A stretch of DNA of 64,000 nt from an uncultured virus (IMG/VR IMGVR_UViG_3300045051_001511) (lineage: Duplodnaviria > Heunggongvirae > Uroviricota > Caudoviricetes). The notes beneath the pieces are model-generated. The model was not told where the DNA came from. It worked only from the letters and a program-made list of their open reading frames with translations, and did not search any database. The stretch lies in IMG/VR virus record IMGVR_UViG_3300045051_001511. One strand, 5' to 3'. A program made the translations under genes and the position numbers. This document shows positions 62,655 through 64,000 of this stretch, in pieces (the stretch's first letter is position 1; the number at the start of each line of letters is the position of its first letter).

Positions 62655-63939
62655 AGCGGCTGTCTTTCTTCTCATGCTCACAATCTCCGGAGCAGCCATG
62701 CCCCAAATAGATTTTGCGACTCTGCCCGCGTGGATGAATACGAAATTCTATCGAACGGTCTGGGATCATGCCCGGTTCAATGTCTGGAAAGGCGGCGCCG
62801 GTTCTGGGAAGTCCGTCGCCGCGGCACAGCGTTATGTGTATCGCCTCACTGCAGAGCGAGGGCATAACCTCATGTGCGTCCGCAAGGTCGGCGAGTCGAA
62901 CAGATTCAGCACCTTCGCGAACCTCGTCAATGTGATCCACTCCTGGAGGCTAGATTCCCTGTACGATATCAGCGAATCGAACCTCACCATCAGGAATCGG
63001 TTCAACGGCAATCAGGTAATATTCCGGGGAATGAATGACTTCAAGGCGCGCGAGCGCGTGAAGTCCGTAACCTTCACGTCGGGCCCACTGACCGACATTT
63101 GGATCGAAGAAGCGAGCGAGCTCGACCCCGATGACTTCAGGCAGCTCAACCTTCGCCTCCGTGGCCAAGCGTTGCAGCCCTTCCAGATATTGCTCACCTT
63201 CAACCCAATCAGCGTCGACCACTGGATAAAGTCCGAGTTTTTCGACAATCCAAAATTGAATGCCTCGATCCTCAATTCCACCTATCTGGATAATCGATTC
63301 ATCGATCGCGATTACCGATTCGAGCTCGAGTCCTACAAGGTAACAGACCCGACCTTTTATCAGGTTTATGCCTTGGGCGAATGGGGTCAGCTTGGTGACA
63401 AAGCTTTCCCGAATGCTATCTTCACGGTTTGTCCCTACAAGATGAGCGATTTCGATCGCGTCCTTTTCGGCAAAGACTTCGGCTTCCAGCATTACGACGC
63501 AACCGAGGGAATCGGCCTCAAGGATGGGGCGATCTACTCCTTCCGAGAGCTCTACGTGAAGCAGAAGACGAACCCAGAGATCATCTCGCTCGCCGAGCCC
63601 ATCCTTCCGAAGGCCCAGCGATGTACGGCCGACTCTGCCGAGCCCAAGAGCATAGCGGAATGGAACAATGCAGGCTTCCGTCTTGTGCCGGCCAAGAAAG
63701 GACCGGACTCCGTCGAAGCCGGTTTTGCGTTCCTTCGCTCGCGCCCTTGGTACATCGATCCCATAGCCTGCCCGGGCCTCGCTGCCGAGGCCCGCGGCGC
63801 TGTCTACAAGAAAGACCGCAATGGGCGACCGACCGAAGAAATATTCAGCTTCCACGACGATGCCCTGGCCGGCACGAGGTATGCGATCGAAGAGCTCATT
63901 CCGTCGAAGAAATCCGAAGCAAAGTCGCTGTGGGAATAG
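62647..63939 (+). CDS. terL: PBSX-family terminase large subunit
   Basis: GGAGSGKS, IWIEEASE, LTFNP, DFG, ADSAEPKSI, HDDALAGTRYAIE. True start may be 62698. Confidence 0.92.
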   Translation: MRRAAVFLLMLTISGAAMPQIDFATLPAWMNTKFYRTVWDHARFNVWKGGAGSGKSVAAAQRYVYRLTAERGHNLMCVRKVGESNRFSTFANLVNVIHSWRLDSLYDISESNLTIRNRFNGNQVIFRGMNDFKARERVKSVTFTSGPLTDIWIEEASELDPDDFRQLNLRLRGQALQPFQILLTFNPISVDHWIKSEFFDNPKLNASILNSTYLDNRFIDRDYRFELESYKVTDPTFYQVYALGEWGQLGDKAFPNAIFTVCPYKMSDFDRVLFGKDFGFQHYDATEGIGLKDGAIYSFRELYVKQKTNPEIISLAEPILPKAQRCTADSAEPKSIAEWNNAGFRLVPAKKGPDSVEAGFAFLRSRPWYIDPIACPGLAAEARGAVYKKDRNGRPTEEIFSFHDDALAGTRYAIEELIPSKKSEAKSLWE

Positions 63940-63947
63940 GGGGAAGG

Positions 63948-64000
63948 ATGAAAGATATAGGAATTGCGCTGGCTTCCAAGCGCCGAAGCGATCTCAAGGC
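63948..64000 (+). CDS. Start of next late gene (probably portal), truncated by window
   Basis: RBS and ATG right after terL. Confidence 0.4.
   Translation, partial: MKDIGIALASKRRSDLK

Larger units (their letters stand above)
44100..64000 (+). mobile_element. Prophage B (continues beyond window)
   Basis: Integrase, cargo, cI/cro, early, recombination, replication and terminase genes; many paralogs of prophage A genes. Left boundary approximate. Confidence 0.85.

Noticed and set aside
1..64000. CRISPR array, diversity-generating retroelement, retron, IS elements
   Set aside because: No repeat-spacer array, reverse transcriptase motif or transposase seen; the 21-bp repeats are intragenic iterons.

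Overview
The window holds two related temperate phages (prophages) in tandem, with no recognisable host housekeeping genes. Prophage A (1 to ~44.1 kb, left end outside the window) is a near-complete siphovirus-like genome: early regulatory genes, a structured-RNA/tRNA cluster, DNA methyltransferases and helicases, a recombination module with a single-chain SbcD-SbcC (Mre11-Rad50) fusion, a replication initiator with internal iterons, then terminase, portal, head, tail and lysis genes. After an att-like junction, prophage B (~44.1 kb to the end) carries a tyrosine integrase, a low-GC cargo block, a cI/cro switch, paralogous early, recombination and replication genes, and a PBSX-type terminase. 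Comparing the two phages gives internal covariation evidence. The strongest leads are: (i) a 107-nt tRNA-mimic RNA and a second structured leader, both conserved with base-pair-preserving changes in both phages; (ii) a hammerhead ribozyme core in front of the recombination operon; (iii) a four-gene candidate anti-phage operon (Panacea/SocA-like, membrane protein, PD-(D/E)xK nuclease, TGT-like Zn protein); (iv) a nested, apparently non-lipoprotein spanin-like gene pair; (v) a non-canonical tRNA with an AGC anticodon. All protein family calls come from motif recognition by eye, not from database searches.
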